A DNA stretch of 64,000 nt, taken from positions 400-64,399 of IMG/VR virus record IMGVR_UViG_3300007551_000004, one strand, 5' to 3'. Shown here one piece after another: positions 8,711 to 18,530 of the stretch. Under the pieces are notes generated by a model. The model had not been told where the DNA came from and did no database searches. It was given only the letters and a program-made list of their open reading frames with translations. Numbering within the stretch: the first letter of the stretch is position 1; each line of letters opens with the position of its first letter. Position numbers and translations under genes: made by a program. This DNA comes from a virus (lineage: Duplodnaviria > Caudoviricetes).

Positions 8711-10345
8711 TTAGTTTATTGTTTTAATTTTATAGTTTAATTGTGAACACTGGGCACCAAATACTCTTTCATATGCATGGTGCCAATCCCCATCACGCCA
8801 ACCATTTTCAGATAAATCTTTTGATAATTTATCTATTAAACCTGGCTTATTATAATAATAATCGAAAATTTCTGATCTACACCAAAACATAGTACCAAAA
8901 ATTGCATAAAAATCTTTTTTGTGGTCTATTTTTAATTTTTTACATATTGTTTTGAATTTTTCTTCATTACCACCTAACCAATTTAAATGCATATGTTTAC
9001 TAGTTCCGATCATACCAACATCATTTTGCTCTTTAAATATAGTAATTATTCTGTTAATATCATAGACATTATTTATAGTTCCAGATAATAAATCTTGTAA
9101 CCAACCACTCGATTGTTCCGCATCTAGGTATGTTGATTTTTTTGTGTGTAAAAATAAATAAAGGTCATAGATTTTATTTTGACTGTATATCGATTTTAAG
9201 TTATTAAACTGCCCGTTTATATCTCTACCAACATTTCTATCTGTGTAATTTATTTTAACGTTTTCTAGTGTGCTATTAATATACTCAACACAATGATCGT
9301 TACCCTCCATACCATCAACAAAGTTAAAATGGAAATCAACTAAACCATTTAGCGGTAACAATCTGGGTATTATTTTATCAATTAACACTTCATTAAAATA
9401 TGAGTGTACTAGAACCGCAATTTTTAAATCATTTGTTTTAACCGTATCAAATTGTTCTACTTTTGTTGACGTATCAACCTTCCTAAAAAACAAAGATTCG
9501 TTTTCCTCTTTGGATATTTGATTTACAGCGAATAATTCCTTAGCATTAACCCCCTTAAATTCATCTAAGTTAACATTTAAGTGGGTTTTGGGGTGAAAGG
9601 GTTCTGTTTTGTTTTTCCAATCAACTACAGTTACTGGATAATTTATATTCTCCTCATCAAAGTTTTGATAATATTTTTTAAATAGGTTAATATAATAATG
9701 CTCGTCTGGTACAATAGATTTATTAAAATTATCCGTATAGTCGTTATCCAAAATAAATTTAACATGATCACGTTTTAGTACCATCCATTGTGATTGCTTA
9801 TAAAACAAATCAAAATTCATGTTGGTTATTGACTTCTTCCTAATATTATTTTCAATATCATCCCAAATATAATAATACACCCAAGATTTGTTTTCTTTAA
9901 TCAGTTTATTATACGTCACATCAAAATCGTACATTGGTATGCATGAATCTGAAACTAATACGAAAAATTCATTGGTTGGGTCCTGATAAGCCGCCTTTAA
10001 TAGGTTGTTTGTTGCCTTAATTAATGATATACCACCCCAGTTTGTTTGTACTTTATGGTCAATATCGTAGTCAATTAAAAATTTTTGGGTTACTTGGCTT
10101 GGGTTTTTTACGTGTGAGTATAGATTAACTTTATCTAGGTTTTTAATTAGAAAATCATACCAGATGTCACCACGTTTTAAATCACCTACCGATAAAAACA
10201 TAAAAGCGACTTTTGTCTTGTCACTTTTTTTTGTTATTAAGTCGGTGTATTTGTAATCTTTTAGTTTTACACTATTATCAAAATGATCTGGTGTGAAGAA
10301 CTTTTTATTATCCTTAACAGATACCTTATTAACAATTTTAATCAT
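8711..10345 (-). CDS. Two-domain glycosyltransferase: core-2/I-branching (GT14-like) plus rhamnan-synthesis RgpF-like domain
   Basis: N-half: WGGISLIKA, FVLVSDSCIP, KQSQW, PDEHYY. C-half: IAVLVHSYF, GRDI, LFLHTKKS, GTMFWCR, HAYERVFG. Confidence 0.75.
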   Translation of the reverse strand: MIKIVNKVSVKDNKKFFTPDHFDNSVKLKDYKYTDLITKKSDKTKVAFMFLSVGDLKRGDIWYDFLIKNLDKVNLYSHVKNPSQVTQKFLIDYDIDHKVQTNWGGISLIKATNNLLKAAYQDPTNEFFVLVSDSCIPMYDFDVTYNKLIKENKSWVYYYIWDDIENNIRKKSITNMNFDLFYKQSQWMVLKRDHVKFILDNDYTDNFNKSIVPDEHYYINLFKKYYQNFDEENINYPVTVVDWKNKTEPFHPKTHLNVNLDEFKGVNAKELFAVNQISKEENESLFFRKVDTSTKVEQFDTVKTNDLKIAVLVHSYFNEVLIDKIIPRLLPLNGLVDFHFNFVDGMEGNDHCVEYINSTLENVKINYTDRNVGRDINGQFNNLKSIYSQNKIYDLYLFLHTKKSTYLDAEQSSGWLQDLLSGTINNVYDINRIITIFKEQNDVGMIGTSKHMHLNWLGGNEEKFKTICKKLKIDHKKDFYAIFGTMFWCRSEIFDYYYNKPGLIDKLSKDLSENGWRDGDWHHAYERVFGAQCSQLNYKIKTIN

Positions 10346-10372
10346 AAAATTTAATAGTGTTTACTGAATATA

Positions 10373-11047
10373 TTAACCTAGTTGTTTTATATTTTTGTTT
10401 TTAACATTTAAACCATCTAGTAAAGAATAAAACTTATCAAAGTCTTTACCATGTTCTCTCATAAAACCGTGTACCTCCATACCTAATGTGTTTATTTCTA
10501 AATCTTGTATTAGGTTTGAACCTTCGATTATATCAAACTCAGCGCCCTCACAATCGATTTTTAACAATTTTAGTTCTGTTATATCATAACCTTTAATTAT
10601 GTCGTCTAAAGAGATCGTTTCAACACTAAATTCCTTGGTGTCTCTCTGTATAAAACAACTACTAGCACCAGTATTAGTTGTATCTAGGGAAATCGTTAAA
10701 ATTTTACCAGTCTCACTATAAACAGCTTTATTAACTGGTATTATATTGTAAACTGAATTAAGTTTAATATTATATAATAAACTTTGGAAGTTTACTGGGT
10801 GTGCCTCAAATGCGTATATCTTTATCTTTGGGTATTTTTTAGCTAAATATATCGACACGCAACCAATGTTCGCCCCTATATCCAGAACAACATCATTCCT
10901 ACCAAAATCTATTTTTTTTATACCGTATTCATCTTCCCTAAGGGCCTCCTTAACAACCCACTTTAGTGTGTCGCTACCGATTACATCTTGGAACTTTAGT
11001 TCAATCCCGTCAACGTTAAAAGCTTTTATCTCTTTATCTTTTATCAT
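10373..11047 (-). CDS. FkbM-family SAM-dependent methyltransferase
   Basis: VLDIGANIG, YAFEAHP, LLKIDCEGAEF. Confidence 0.9.
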   Translation of the reverse strand: MIKDKEIKAFNVDGIELKFQDVIGSDTLKWVVKEALREDEYGIKKIDFGRNDVVLDIGANIGCVSIYLAKKYPKIKIYAFEAHPVNFQSLLYNIKLNSVYNIIPVNKAVYSETGKILTISLDTTNTGASSCFIQRDTKEFSVETISLDDIIKGYDITELKLLKIDCEGAEFDIIEGSNLIQDLEINTLGMEVHGFMREHGKDFDKFYSLLDGLNVKNKNIKQLG

Positions 11048-11856
11048 TCCGTATCAATTAATCTTAAAACCTTTTTATAGAAATCATCATTTCTTTTTCT
11101 ACAATCATTCAGATATGTAAAATCATAAGAATTTTTTATTTGGTCGAAAGTTGGATTAATTACAGTGTCGTAATTTATGAATCTTATATTTAATGGTAAA
11201 TCGAGTAATTTTGTCTTTGTTGTTGTTTCCACAGTATAAACTGTTTTACCCAACAAAGATGCCCAATATGTCCCATGGTAGGTGTTAGTAACGATGACCT
11301 TGGCCCTAGCAATTTTTTCAATAATCTCATCCATCGGATCGCTATTTTTTGCTGTTTCAAAATTAATAATATGTGTATTTTTTTCGACCAACTTATTCAT
11401 AAGGTTTGTTAGTCCCTCAAAATGGTGGTAATAGTACAATACATCTGTCGATTCTGTTATTGTAACATTATCGAAAAGATCACTTTTACAACTAACACAT
11501 GGTACATATAAAAAGCGATTCATTTTTAGGTTTTTAAATACCGAATCCCTAAGACCTATGAGGTCATAATCGGCCACATATTCTGGGTACGTATATCTAT
11601 AGCTATTCTGGCCCGCTCCCCAGATAATTTTTTTCTTATCTTCTAATCTAGAGATATATTCTAAAGAATCGTCAAAATAGTCTAAATCAATTAAACCACC
11701 ACCGCCAACAACAACTACATCATAATCGTCAAAATTTTTAAATAGTCTAATATCACCAACATCTGAATTTGGTACATCGTAATATAATTTAGGTTGGCAT
11801 TTTAGGTCCCCAGTATTTACGGTTTTAGTTTCGTGTAGAAAAATTACTTTTTTCAT
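11044..11856 (-). CDS. Polysaccharide pyruvyltransferase-like protein
   Basis: NTGD, VVVGGGGLI, IIWGAG, IGLRD, VTNTYHG. Confidence 0.6.
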   Translation of the reverse strand: MKKVIFLHETKTVNTGDLKCQPKLYYDVPNSDVGDIRLFKNFDDYDVVVVGGGGLIDLDYFDDSLEYISRLEDKKKIIWGAGQNSYRYTYPEYVADYDLIGLRDSVFKNLKMNRFLYVPCVSCKSDLFDNVTITESTDVLYYYHHFEGLTNLMNKLVEKNTHIINFETAKNSDPMDEIIEKIARAKVIVTNTYHGTYWASLLGKTVYTVETTTKTKLLDLPLNIRFINYDTVINPTFDQIKNSYDFTYLNDCRKRNDDFYKKVLRLIDTE

Positions 11857-13898
11857 TCCTGATACATTAATTTTAATTTCTTATTTTTTTTCCACTTTTT
11901 CAACATAATCTTATGTTTTTCTTCGAATAGACTATTACCGAAAATTTTATTACCAGAGCCACCCCATACGTGGTAGAACTTATTATTAAAATGGAATCTA
12001 TATATCTTACCACCTAGAACTTTTGCCTGGAAGCAAAAATCGGTGTCTTCATACCAGAATGGTGCAAAATCTAAATCAACCCAAATATGGTTTAGTATTT
12101 CGGTTCTAAATATCTGACAACAACCAGCTAGTGTGTCAACTTCACCTTCGTATGAACTATCATCATTAACATCTTCGTGTGTACCATGAACCCACCCATT
12201 AAAGAATGCACCAACAGTACCACAAATCCATATATTTTTATCATTTAATACCTCTTTAGCATCATCAATAAACGATTCATCTTTTAATTTTGAATCTGAA
12301 TCCACGCTAAATACTACGTCAGCGGTAACATTTTTAAACAATACATCTCTACCACCCGCAACACCTATATTGTCTGGGCCAAAGATTACTTTAACACCAT
12401 TAATCGTGTTAATATAATTTAAGTAAGCTAATAATTCCTCATCGGTAGATCCGTTATCATAAACTATTACTTCTTTAACGTCTTTTCTATTTAAAGCTCT
12501 TATATATGTATCGACATAACCAATTGTTTTTTCTGGTCTATTATGTGTTAAGAATATAAATGAAACTGTTGCGTCTCTATTATCAATTAGGTAATCTTTA
12601 AATAGATGGTATATGTTATTTCTTTTATCAAATATTGCATTGTAATCGATTTTCGATAAAGTTACCTGTTCATTTGTTTCCCATAAGTGCATCGAATAGC
12701 TGTCATTAAGCTCAGCTAGTGCTAAAGCGTTATTTGTTAATAAATAAGTTTCCGCTTCATTCCATAAGAATGGGAAAAATTTCTTAGGTGATAATATTGT
12801 AACATTATCTGGAAATTCTTTTGCTATATAATATGGTTTAACAACTGAGTGAAAATCCCATTTACTCTGGTTAAAATCTTTGTACGATTTAATCCATTCT
12901 GTTGCAAATAAAGATCTTTTTTCTGATAACATTATTGCGTTACATAGACCATAATAATCCCTATTACCTCTACCACCAGAATTTTGTATACCAATAACAA
13001 ATTCATTATCTAATAGGTCGTCAAAAGATTTATTTACGAATGTGTCTATATCCATATAAATACCACCAGCAAATCTTAACATTTCTAACCTAACTATATC
13101 CGACATGTGAGCGAAATGTTCAACCTCATTACCCATAAAATCTGGGATTAACTCAGTTTTAACTGTTTTTAGGTATATTTTCGCCCTATCCCACCATTTA
13201 CCTTTAATATCGTAGTGATGATATAGAATAATTTTATCTGGTTTAATTTTATTAACAATACTTAAAACGCATAAATAATTAAAGAAAGTAAATTCTGGGT
13301 CTTTTTTAAAACCATAACACAAATGGACTATTTTAGGTATTTTTTTATCTACTTCAATATTTTTGATTAATTCAAATACTTTTGGATAAATTTCTTTATC
13401 ATTTAAGTACCCAGTAAAATTTTTATTGAATCCAGAAAAATCTAAAAAATCCTTATCTAGACCTTCTAAAAAATAAGAATAATCAACATCATCTTTATAT
13501 TCTTGTTTAATAGTGGTACCTCTTTTAATAACTATATTTTCATCGCCAATAATATTTGGTTTATCTTCGTTATCTTTATTAGACCCATTTAAAACTTCTT
13601 TTACTGGTGGGGTTTTTAATATCTGTTTTGTAACTGTTTTCGTAGTTGGTTTTTCTTTAATAGGTTCAATTTCAACTGAACTCATAACAATTTCTTCTTT
13701 GGGTAATTCCTTTGGTCTCGCTTGACTAGATTTTATGATTGTGTTTATCGAGTGTTTTTTAATTTCTGGTAATTGTTGTTCAACAATTTTTATATCATCA
13801 TTTACCACAAGATCAATAGCCGAATCCGTACCCTCGGAAACAGATTTAATTAAACCCCTAGAAATCGTTTTACTTTTTTTTGAATAAAATTTACCCAT
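11853..13898 (-). CDS. Two-domain glycosyltransferase: DXD/GT32-like plus GT2, with a low-complexity N-terminus
   Basis: IPKIVH, SDIVRLEMLRFAGGIYMDID, CNAIM, SMHLW; then VSFIFLTHN, VYDNGSTD, NIGVAGGR, FSVDSD, WYEDTDFC. Confidence 0.8.
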   Translation of the reverse strand: MGKFYSKKSKTISRGLIKSVSEGTDSAIDLVVNDDIKIVEQQLPEIKKHSINTIIKSSQARPKELPKEEIVMSSVEIEPIKEKPTTKTVTKQILKTPPVKEVLNGSNKDNEDKPNIIGDENIVIKRGTTIKQEYKDDVDYSYFLEGLDKDFLDFSGFNKNFTGYLNDKEIYPKVFELIKNIEVDKKIPKIVHLCYGFKKDPEFTFFNYLCVLSIVNKIKPDKIILYHHYDIKGKWWDRAKIYLKTVKTELIPDFMGNEVEHFAHMSDIVRLEMLRFAGGIYMDIDTFVNKSFDDLLDNEFVIGIQNSGGRGNRDYYGLCNAIMLSEKRSLFATEWIKSYKDFNQSKWDFHSVVKPYYIAKEFPDNVTILSPKKFFPFLWNEAETYLLTNNALALAELNDSYSMHLWETNEQVTLSKIDYNAIFDKRNNIYHLFKDYLIDNRDATVSFIFLTHNRPEKTIGYVDTYIRALNRKDVKEVIVYDNGSTDEELLAYLNYINTINGVKVIFGPDNIGVAGGRDVLFKNVTADVVFSVDSDSKLKDESFIDDAKEVLNDKNIWICGTVGAFFNGWVHGTHEDVNDDSSYEGEVDTLAGCCQIFRTEILNHIWVDLDFAPFWYEDTDFCFQAKVLGGKIYRFHFNNKFYHVWGGSGNKIFGNSLFEEKHKIMLKKWKKNKKLKLMYQE

Positions 13899-13899
13899 T

Positions 13900-15348
13900 T
13901 TAGATTATAAAGTCTTTTTTATCTAGTTCCGAATAAAATTTTTCCGAGTGTTCTTCTTTCGGAAAGGCGTATTCAAAACCAAGTTTATTTTTTTTATTAA
14001 AGTCGCTAATTCTTTTTTTATAAATAGACATTCTATTTAAAAAATAGTCTAGACCTAATCTTTTATAATGTAATAGTTTTATCGGTTCATTAAAATATTT
14101 AACGTCACCCATTGGGGCTGCCACGTGACACCCAAAATTAAAGTTAATTGACTTTATATTTTTTGGTTTAAACATTACTAATTTATCAAATAAACTATTT
14201 CTAAAACCAGTTTTTACAATATCAGTTAACTTATGGTCATAATCAAAATTAAATTTTTCTATTATCATATCATAACCCTCTGGTTTTACTATAGTTGAGT
14301 CGCTGTTATGGAAGTCTATAATATATTTTTTAAAATCATCAACATATAAAAACTCATCCATATCACAAACAATAACAATATCAGCCTCATTAACCGAATT
14401 TTTCCAAGCGTTATTTTTTATCTGTAAATAAGCGTCATCACGTATTTCGCCTTTAGTGTCGTAAGGTACGACTAACGTTTTGGGGTGTTTCCTTAATAAC
14501 TTAACACTATTGTCGTTTGATTTATTATCATAAACAATTATTTTGTCAACATAATTTTCATAGTGTTCTAAGAAAAACGGTATAATTTTTTCTTCATTCC
14601 AACAAAGGACGTGCATATGGACTTTTGGTAAAGCCTTGTCAAAAATTATATGTGAGTTTTCATTCAAACATATTGGTAATTTATTAGAATATAAACCCTC
14701 AAATTTTACTTTATTGGTTTCCCAGGTTTCATTTGTTTGACCAACAGATTTATGTAATAAAAGGATGTTGGATATTAAGCCCACTTTAACGCCAGATAAA
14801 TGGTTATCAAAACAAAATGGTATATCATAAAAATGAAAGCCCTCAAAGGACTCATTAAATCTGTTTTTGATTTTTTCTCTATTTACTGCAATAAATAAAC
14901 CATCAATGGTAACCATTTCTTTTATTTGATTACCGTAGCTTTCAGAATACTTATTAGTCCAAACTTTAACACCATCTGTATGTTTTACAGTTCCGTGCAT
15001 CGAGTTCCTTATTGACCACCATCTACCATCAATCATATGATCGGTACCAGCAACACCTAAAATACCATATTCTGGATTTTTTTCGAAGTGTTTTATAACT
15101 TTTTCACCCCAGTTTTTAGTTTCAAAAATAATATCATCGTGACAAAAAATAACAATATCAGAATTAGCCTCATCTAAACCACGATTATAAAGTTCAGCCA
15201 GGGAATATTCATTGTTATTTTCATACGCAATAACTTCAACACCCTTATACATACACGTTTTTTTAACGTGATCAACAAAAGTATTATCAACTTTCCTAGT
15301 TGAAAACACCACACTAATTTTTGGTTTATCCGTTATCATCGTCATCAT
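13900..15348 (-). CDS. Two-domain GT2-type glycosyltransferase
   Basis: N-half: YNRGLDEA..DIVIFCHDDI, TIDGLFIA, FHFYDIPFC. C-half: LCWNEEKIIPFF, YDNKSNDNS, IVCDMDEFL, LLHYK. Confidence 0.8.
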   Translation of the reverse strand: MMTMITDKPKISVVFSTRKVDNTFVDHVKKTCMYKGVEVIAYENNNEYSLAELYNRGLDEANSDIVIFCHDDIIFETKNWGEKVIKHFEKNPEYGILGVAGTDHMIDGRWWSIRNSMHGTVKHTDGVKVWTNKYSESYGNQIKEMVTIDGLFIAVNREKIKNRFNESFEGFHFYDIPFCFDNHLSGVKVGLISNILLLHKSVGQTNETWETNKVKFEGLYSNKLPICLNENSHIIFDKALPKVHMHVLCWNEEKIIPFFLEHYENYVDKIIVYDNKSNDNSVKLLRKHPKTLVVPYDTKGEIRDDAYLQIKNNAWKNSVNEADIVIVCDMDEFLYVDDFKKYIIDFHNSDSTIVKPEGYDMIIEKFNFDYDHKLTDIVKTGFRNSLFDKLVMFKPKNIKSINFNFGCHVAAPMGDVKYFNEPIKLLHYKRLGLDYFLNRMSIYKKRISDFNKKNKLGFEYAFPKEEHSEKFYSELDKKDFII

Positions 15349-15640
15349 CTTCTAGTATTGGTTTTCTATCTAACGTATCACCTATAAATTTTAAAACAGG
15401 TATGAAACCTTTAACGTATTGTAAGAAAACGAATTTTTGATTTAATTCATTTAACTCACGTTCTAAAAATGTAGCTAACTTATACTCATCAGAATTTAAT
15501 GGGTAAACAAACGCATATAGCACTTTATCACCCACATCTATCCTTTTACCAGACCAAACTGTTTTATAAGTTATCTTGTCTAGTACATCTGGTGTTATTT
15601 CATTATACACCTTTATTTGTTCCCTAAATTCGTTAAACAT
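15326..15640 (-). CDS. Hypothetical protein
   Basis: 104-aa ORF translationally coupled to dut (TAATG overlap). Confidence 0.65.
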   Translation of the reverse strand: MFNEFREQIKVYNEITPDVLDKITYKTVWSGKRIDVGDKVLYAFVYPLNSDEYKLATFLERELNELNQKFVFLQYVKGFIPVLKFIGDTLDRKPILEDDDDDNG

Positions 15641-16245
15641 TACAATATACCTGTTGATCCGAATCCACCTAAACCACGATCACTACTAGATAGTGATTCA
15701 GATTTAATGAATTTTATTTTATCTCTTGTTTGTACTGGCGCTATGACACCCTGTGCAATTCTATCACCATTTTTAACAAAGAATGATTGGTCTTGGTCCG
15801 TATTGTATAGTATCACACCAATCTCGCCACGATAACCTGAATCAACAGTACCTGGGCTATTTAGAACCATTATACCGTTTTTTAAGGCTAAACCGCTTCT
15901 AGACCTAACTTGTAGTTCAAAACCTAATGGTATTTCAAAATACAAACCAGTTTTAATTAAACATCTGTTACCAGGTAATATTTCTATTGAATATTCACCA
16001 TCTGAGTTTTTATCGGTGACACTAGCCCTAATATCAAAACCGCTATCACCCTCTTTTTCATATGATGGGTCTGGGTTGACGGATTTATTTATGAATGAAA
16101 CTCTTAGTTTTGGTGTCATTGATTCGTTGTCATAGTCCCAATCAGACATAAATTGTCTAGCCTCATCCAATAACTGATCCAATTCTTTTTTAGAATCATC
16201 GTCATCTTGAAATAAATCGTTTACGTTCAATTCGTTAATATTCAT
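15640..16245 (-). CDS. dut: Trimeric dUTPase with acidic N-terminal extension
   Basis: SGFDIRA, RSRSGLALK, GTVDSGYRGEI, GDRIAQ, RGLGGFGSTG. Confidence 0.95.
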   Translation of the reverse strand: MNINELNVNDLFQDDDDSKKELDQLLDEARQFMSDWDYDNESMTPKLRVSFINKSVNPDPSYEKEGDSGFDIRASVTDKNSDGEYSIEILPGNRCLIKTGLYFEIPLGFELQVRSRSGLALKNGIMVLNSPGTVDSGYRGEIGVILYNTDQDQSFFVKNGDRIAQGVIAPVQTRDKIKFIKSESLSSSDRGLGGFGSTGIL

Positions 16246-17465
16246 ACTAAATTTTTATATATTTCGGCTCTAGTTTTTGTCACATTATTTATATCGTAAG
16301 TATCTTTAACTGTCTCATATAACCTTTCACCAAGATCTTCAACTAATGATGGGTTATCAACGAGCCTTTTCATATGTTGGGCCCATTGTTTATGGTTTTT
16401 AGAACTCTCAACTAAAAGTGCATTACCCTTAGGATTCAAAGAACCGCCTTTATCAATCATACTAACTAAGTCGATCGTGTAAGGGCCATAATTTTGGGCT
16501 ATGATTGGTTTTTTATGGAAACCAGCTTCAATAATTTTTAATTGGGACTTGTACTTATTAAAATTGTTAGCGAATAGTGGGGCCAAAGCAACATCAAATT
16601 CATTATAACCTTTTGCATACGATTCGATTGATTTAGTCCAAACTCTTTTGTACGGCATGTTCCCATCATCATATGTTAATTGGTTATCAAATTTAAATAG
16701 ATGCTTTAAATAATCTGGATATTTCTCTAAAATTTTAAAATTGTTGGTAATGAAAATTTCATACATAAACCACGTTGTTTCAATTGGTTGCATTGGTCTT
16801 TCCATCCACTGTTGGGTTTCTTGATTAAAGGCACGCACAGTACCTCTGGTATCGTAGCCACATAAAACGAATTGAATTTTGTCTTCTAGCCCCATAATTT
16901 TTTGTGGCATATCCTTTAAAAGTTCAATATCTTTAATGTGTGACGAACCACCTAACCACCCAAATCTAAGTCTTTCTGATTCAGTGGGTTTTGGTTTAAA
17001 CTGTGGTTCATTAGGGTTTACGGCATTAGGTAAAATAACACAATTTTTATTATGTTTTAACACCTCTTTTCTTAAAATTTCTGTTGTAACCGTAACCAAA
17101 TCAGCTTCTCTGACAACTGAAACGATTTTACCCGCATAGTCTAATCTTTTAGCTTGGTGGTATAGACCATGTGATTGGTCTAGGGTCCAGTGATCATCTA
17201 GATCAATTACAACTTTACCCCCAAAAGATTTTATTGTTTTAATAATATTAAGACCATCCTCATAGTTACCACCAGGTATCCTATGAAAAAAGAATATATT
17301 AAATTTTTTTAAATATGTGATATCATTAAAATCAATATTCATATTGATTTCAACAAAAAATTCATCACCGTGGTTATTTTGTAACGTTACGTGCGGATCA
17401 ACACATCTATATTTACCTGATCCAGCACGATCGTTAGGATTTACTAAAACATTAATTTTACCCAT
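16242..17465 (-). CDS. Glycosyltransferase, GT-B fold (GT4-like)
   Basis: IDLDDHW, ADLVTVTT, LPNAVN, FGWLGGSSH, FDVALAPL..N.FNKYKSQLKIIEAG. Confidence 0.8.
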   Translation of the reverse strand: MGKINVLVNPNDRAGSGKYRCVDPHVTLQNNHGDEFFVEINMNIDFNDITYLKKFNIFFFHRIPGGNYEDGLNIIKTIKSFGGKVVIDLDDHWTLDQSHGLYHQAKRLDYAGKIVSVVREADLVTVTTEILRKEVLKHNKNCVILPNAVNPNEPQFKPKPTESERLRFGWLGGSSHIKDIELLKDMPQKIMGLEDKIQFVLCGYDTRGTVRAFNQETQQWMERPMQPIETTWFMYEIFITNNFKILEKYPDYLKHLFKFDNQLTYDDGNMPYKRVWTKSIESYAKGYNEFDVALAPLFANNFNKYKSQLKIIEAGFHKKPIIAQNYGPYTIDLVSMIDKGGSLNPKGNALLVESSKNHKQWAQHMKRLVDNPSLVEDLGERLYETVKDTYDINNVTKTRAEIYKNLV

Positions 17466-17523
17466 ATAATCAGTTTCCTATAAAAATAGGAAATTTATTG
17501 GAAAAATCAAAACATTTTTTAAA

Positions 17524-18273
17524 TTATTTGGGTACAACCACACCACGTCTAGATACAACGTCTGATGCCTTAATATTAGCGTAGTATATTGACTCGTCTA
17601 TGCTACCAGTTTCATGATATTTAAGTATGAACGCTGAGGTAAATGTGTCACCCGCACCGCTAACATCTATAGTATCTTTTGGTTTTTTTGTCGGGTAAAC
17701 CTTACCCATATATTCGGCACCTTTTTTACCTAAAGTTGTTATTATGTTAAGTTTTTTTATTAAAACTTCATCCTGTTGTTCTCTTTCAGATTTATTAAGC
17801 TTTATGAAACTTAATGTTGAGAATGATGGGACTAAAATCCTTTTACTATCCAATATAGACAACTTAGCGTGGTGACCTATTAATGTTATTGTCTCTGTGG
17901 TTAAAAAACCCTTATTATAATCGCTAATAACAACAATATCCGCCTCACTAATTATCTTAATTGTTTCTGGTGTAATCGTGAATTTCTCTATCAAATCCTC
18001 ACCTTCATCCATTCTAAGTATCATTTGATTACTCTTTTCATCGACATACCTAGTTTTAATAATTTTTTCTGGTTGATGTAAAAATGTTATATTTATGGAA
18101 TTATTTAAAGCCTTTAGATTTTCTACAACATTACCAGCCATTCCAGGGTTTTTTGTTATTTTTCTTGGGTTTAATACTGGTACTGGTGCTTCTGGGCATA
18201 ATCTATTAACATCACCATATACAAATTTATCAGTGCAGTTTTCACCAATAACAACAACTTTTATATTATCCAT
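17524..18273 (-). CDS. PfkB-family sugar kinase, HldE/RfaE heptose-7-phosphate kinase-like domain
   Basis: RLCPEAPVPV, GMAGNV, ISDYNKG, DVSGAGDT. Start moved to ATG 18273 because a TATATTTG element (18278-18285) and a terminator overlap the longer start. Confidence 0.85.
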   Translation of the reverse strand: MDNIKVVVIGENCTDKFVYGDVNRLCPEAPVPVLNPRKITKNPGMAGNVVENLKALNNSINITFLHQPEKIIKTRYVDEKSNQMILRMDEGEDLIEKFTITPETIKIISEADIVVISDYNKGFLTTETITLIGHHAKLSILDSKRILVPSFSTLSFIKLNKSEREQQDEVLIKKLNIITTLGKKGAEYMGKVYPTKKPKDTIDVSGAGDTFTSAFILKYHETGSIDESIYYANIKASDVVSRRGVVVPK

Positions 18274-18286
18274 GTAACAAATATAC

Positions 18287-18314
18287 AAAAAAAATGGGGG
18301 CTTTTAAACCCCCA
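18287..18314 (-). terminator. Rho-independent terminator
   Basis: Minus strand TGGGGG-TTTAAAAG-CCCCCA followed by T8. Confidence 0.75.
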
Positions 18315-18337
18315 ATCAACACTTTTTTTATTTAATG

Positions 18338-18529
18338 TTACTTTTCAGTATCATTAACAATTTCGTCAAATTTACCAGATTTAGCTGCCTCAACAAAATC
18401 AGCAAATTGATTTTTAGTCCATACCGTTACACCTTCTGGACCTTTAGCGTCACCTAATACGATTGATTCTTCGGTTACCTCAACAACTGGGCAACACTTA
18501 TTCTTACAAAAGTTAATAACCTGATTCAT
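18338..18529 (-). CDS. Small DUF397-like protein
   Basis: MNQVINFCKNKCCPVVEVTEESIVLGDAKGPEGVTVWTKNQFADFVEAAKSGKFD resembles the CVEV...v.D.K.p.g..l.f....w..F...vk.G.fd pattern. Start ATG 18529 follows the stop of the upstream ORF. Confidence 0.5.
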   Translation of the reverse strand: MNQVINFCKNKCCPVVEVTEESIVLGDAKGPEGVTVWTKNQFADFVEAAKSGKFDEIVNDTEK

Positions 18530-18530
18530 A

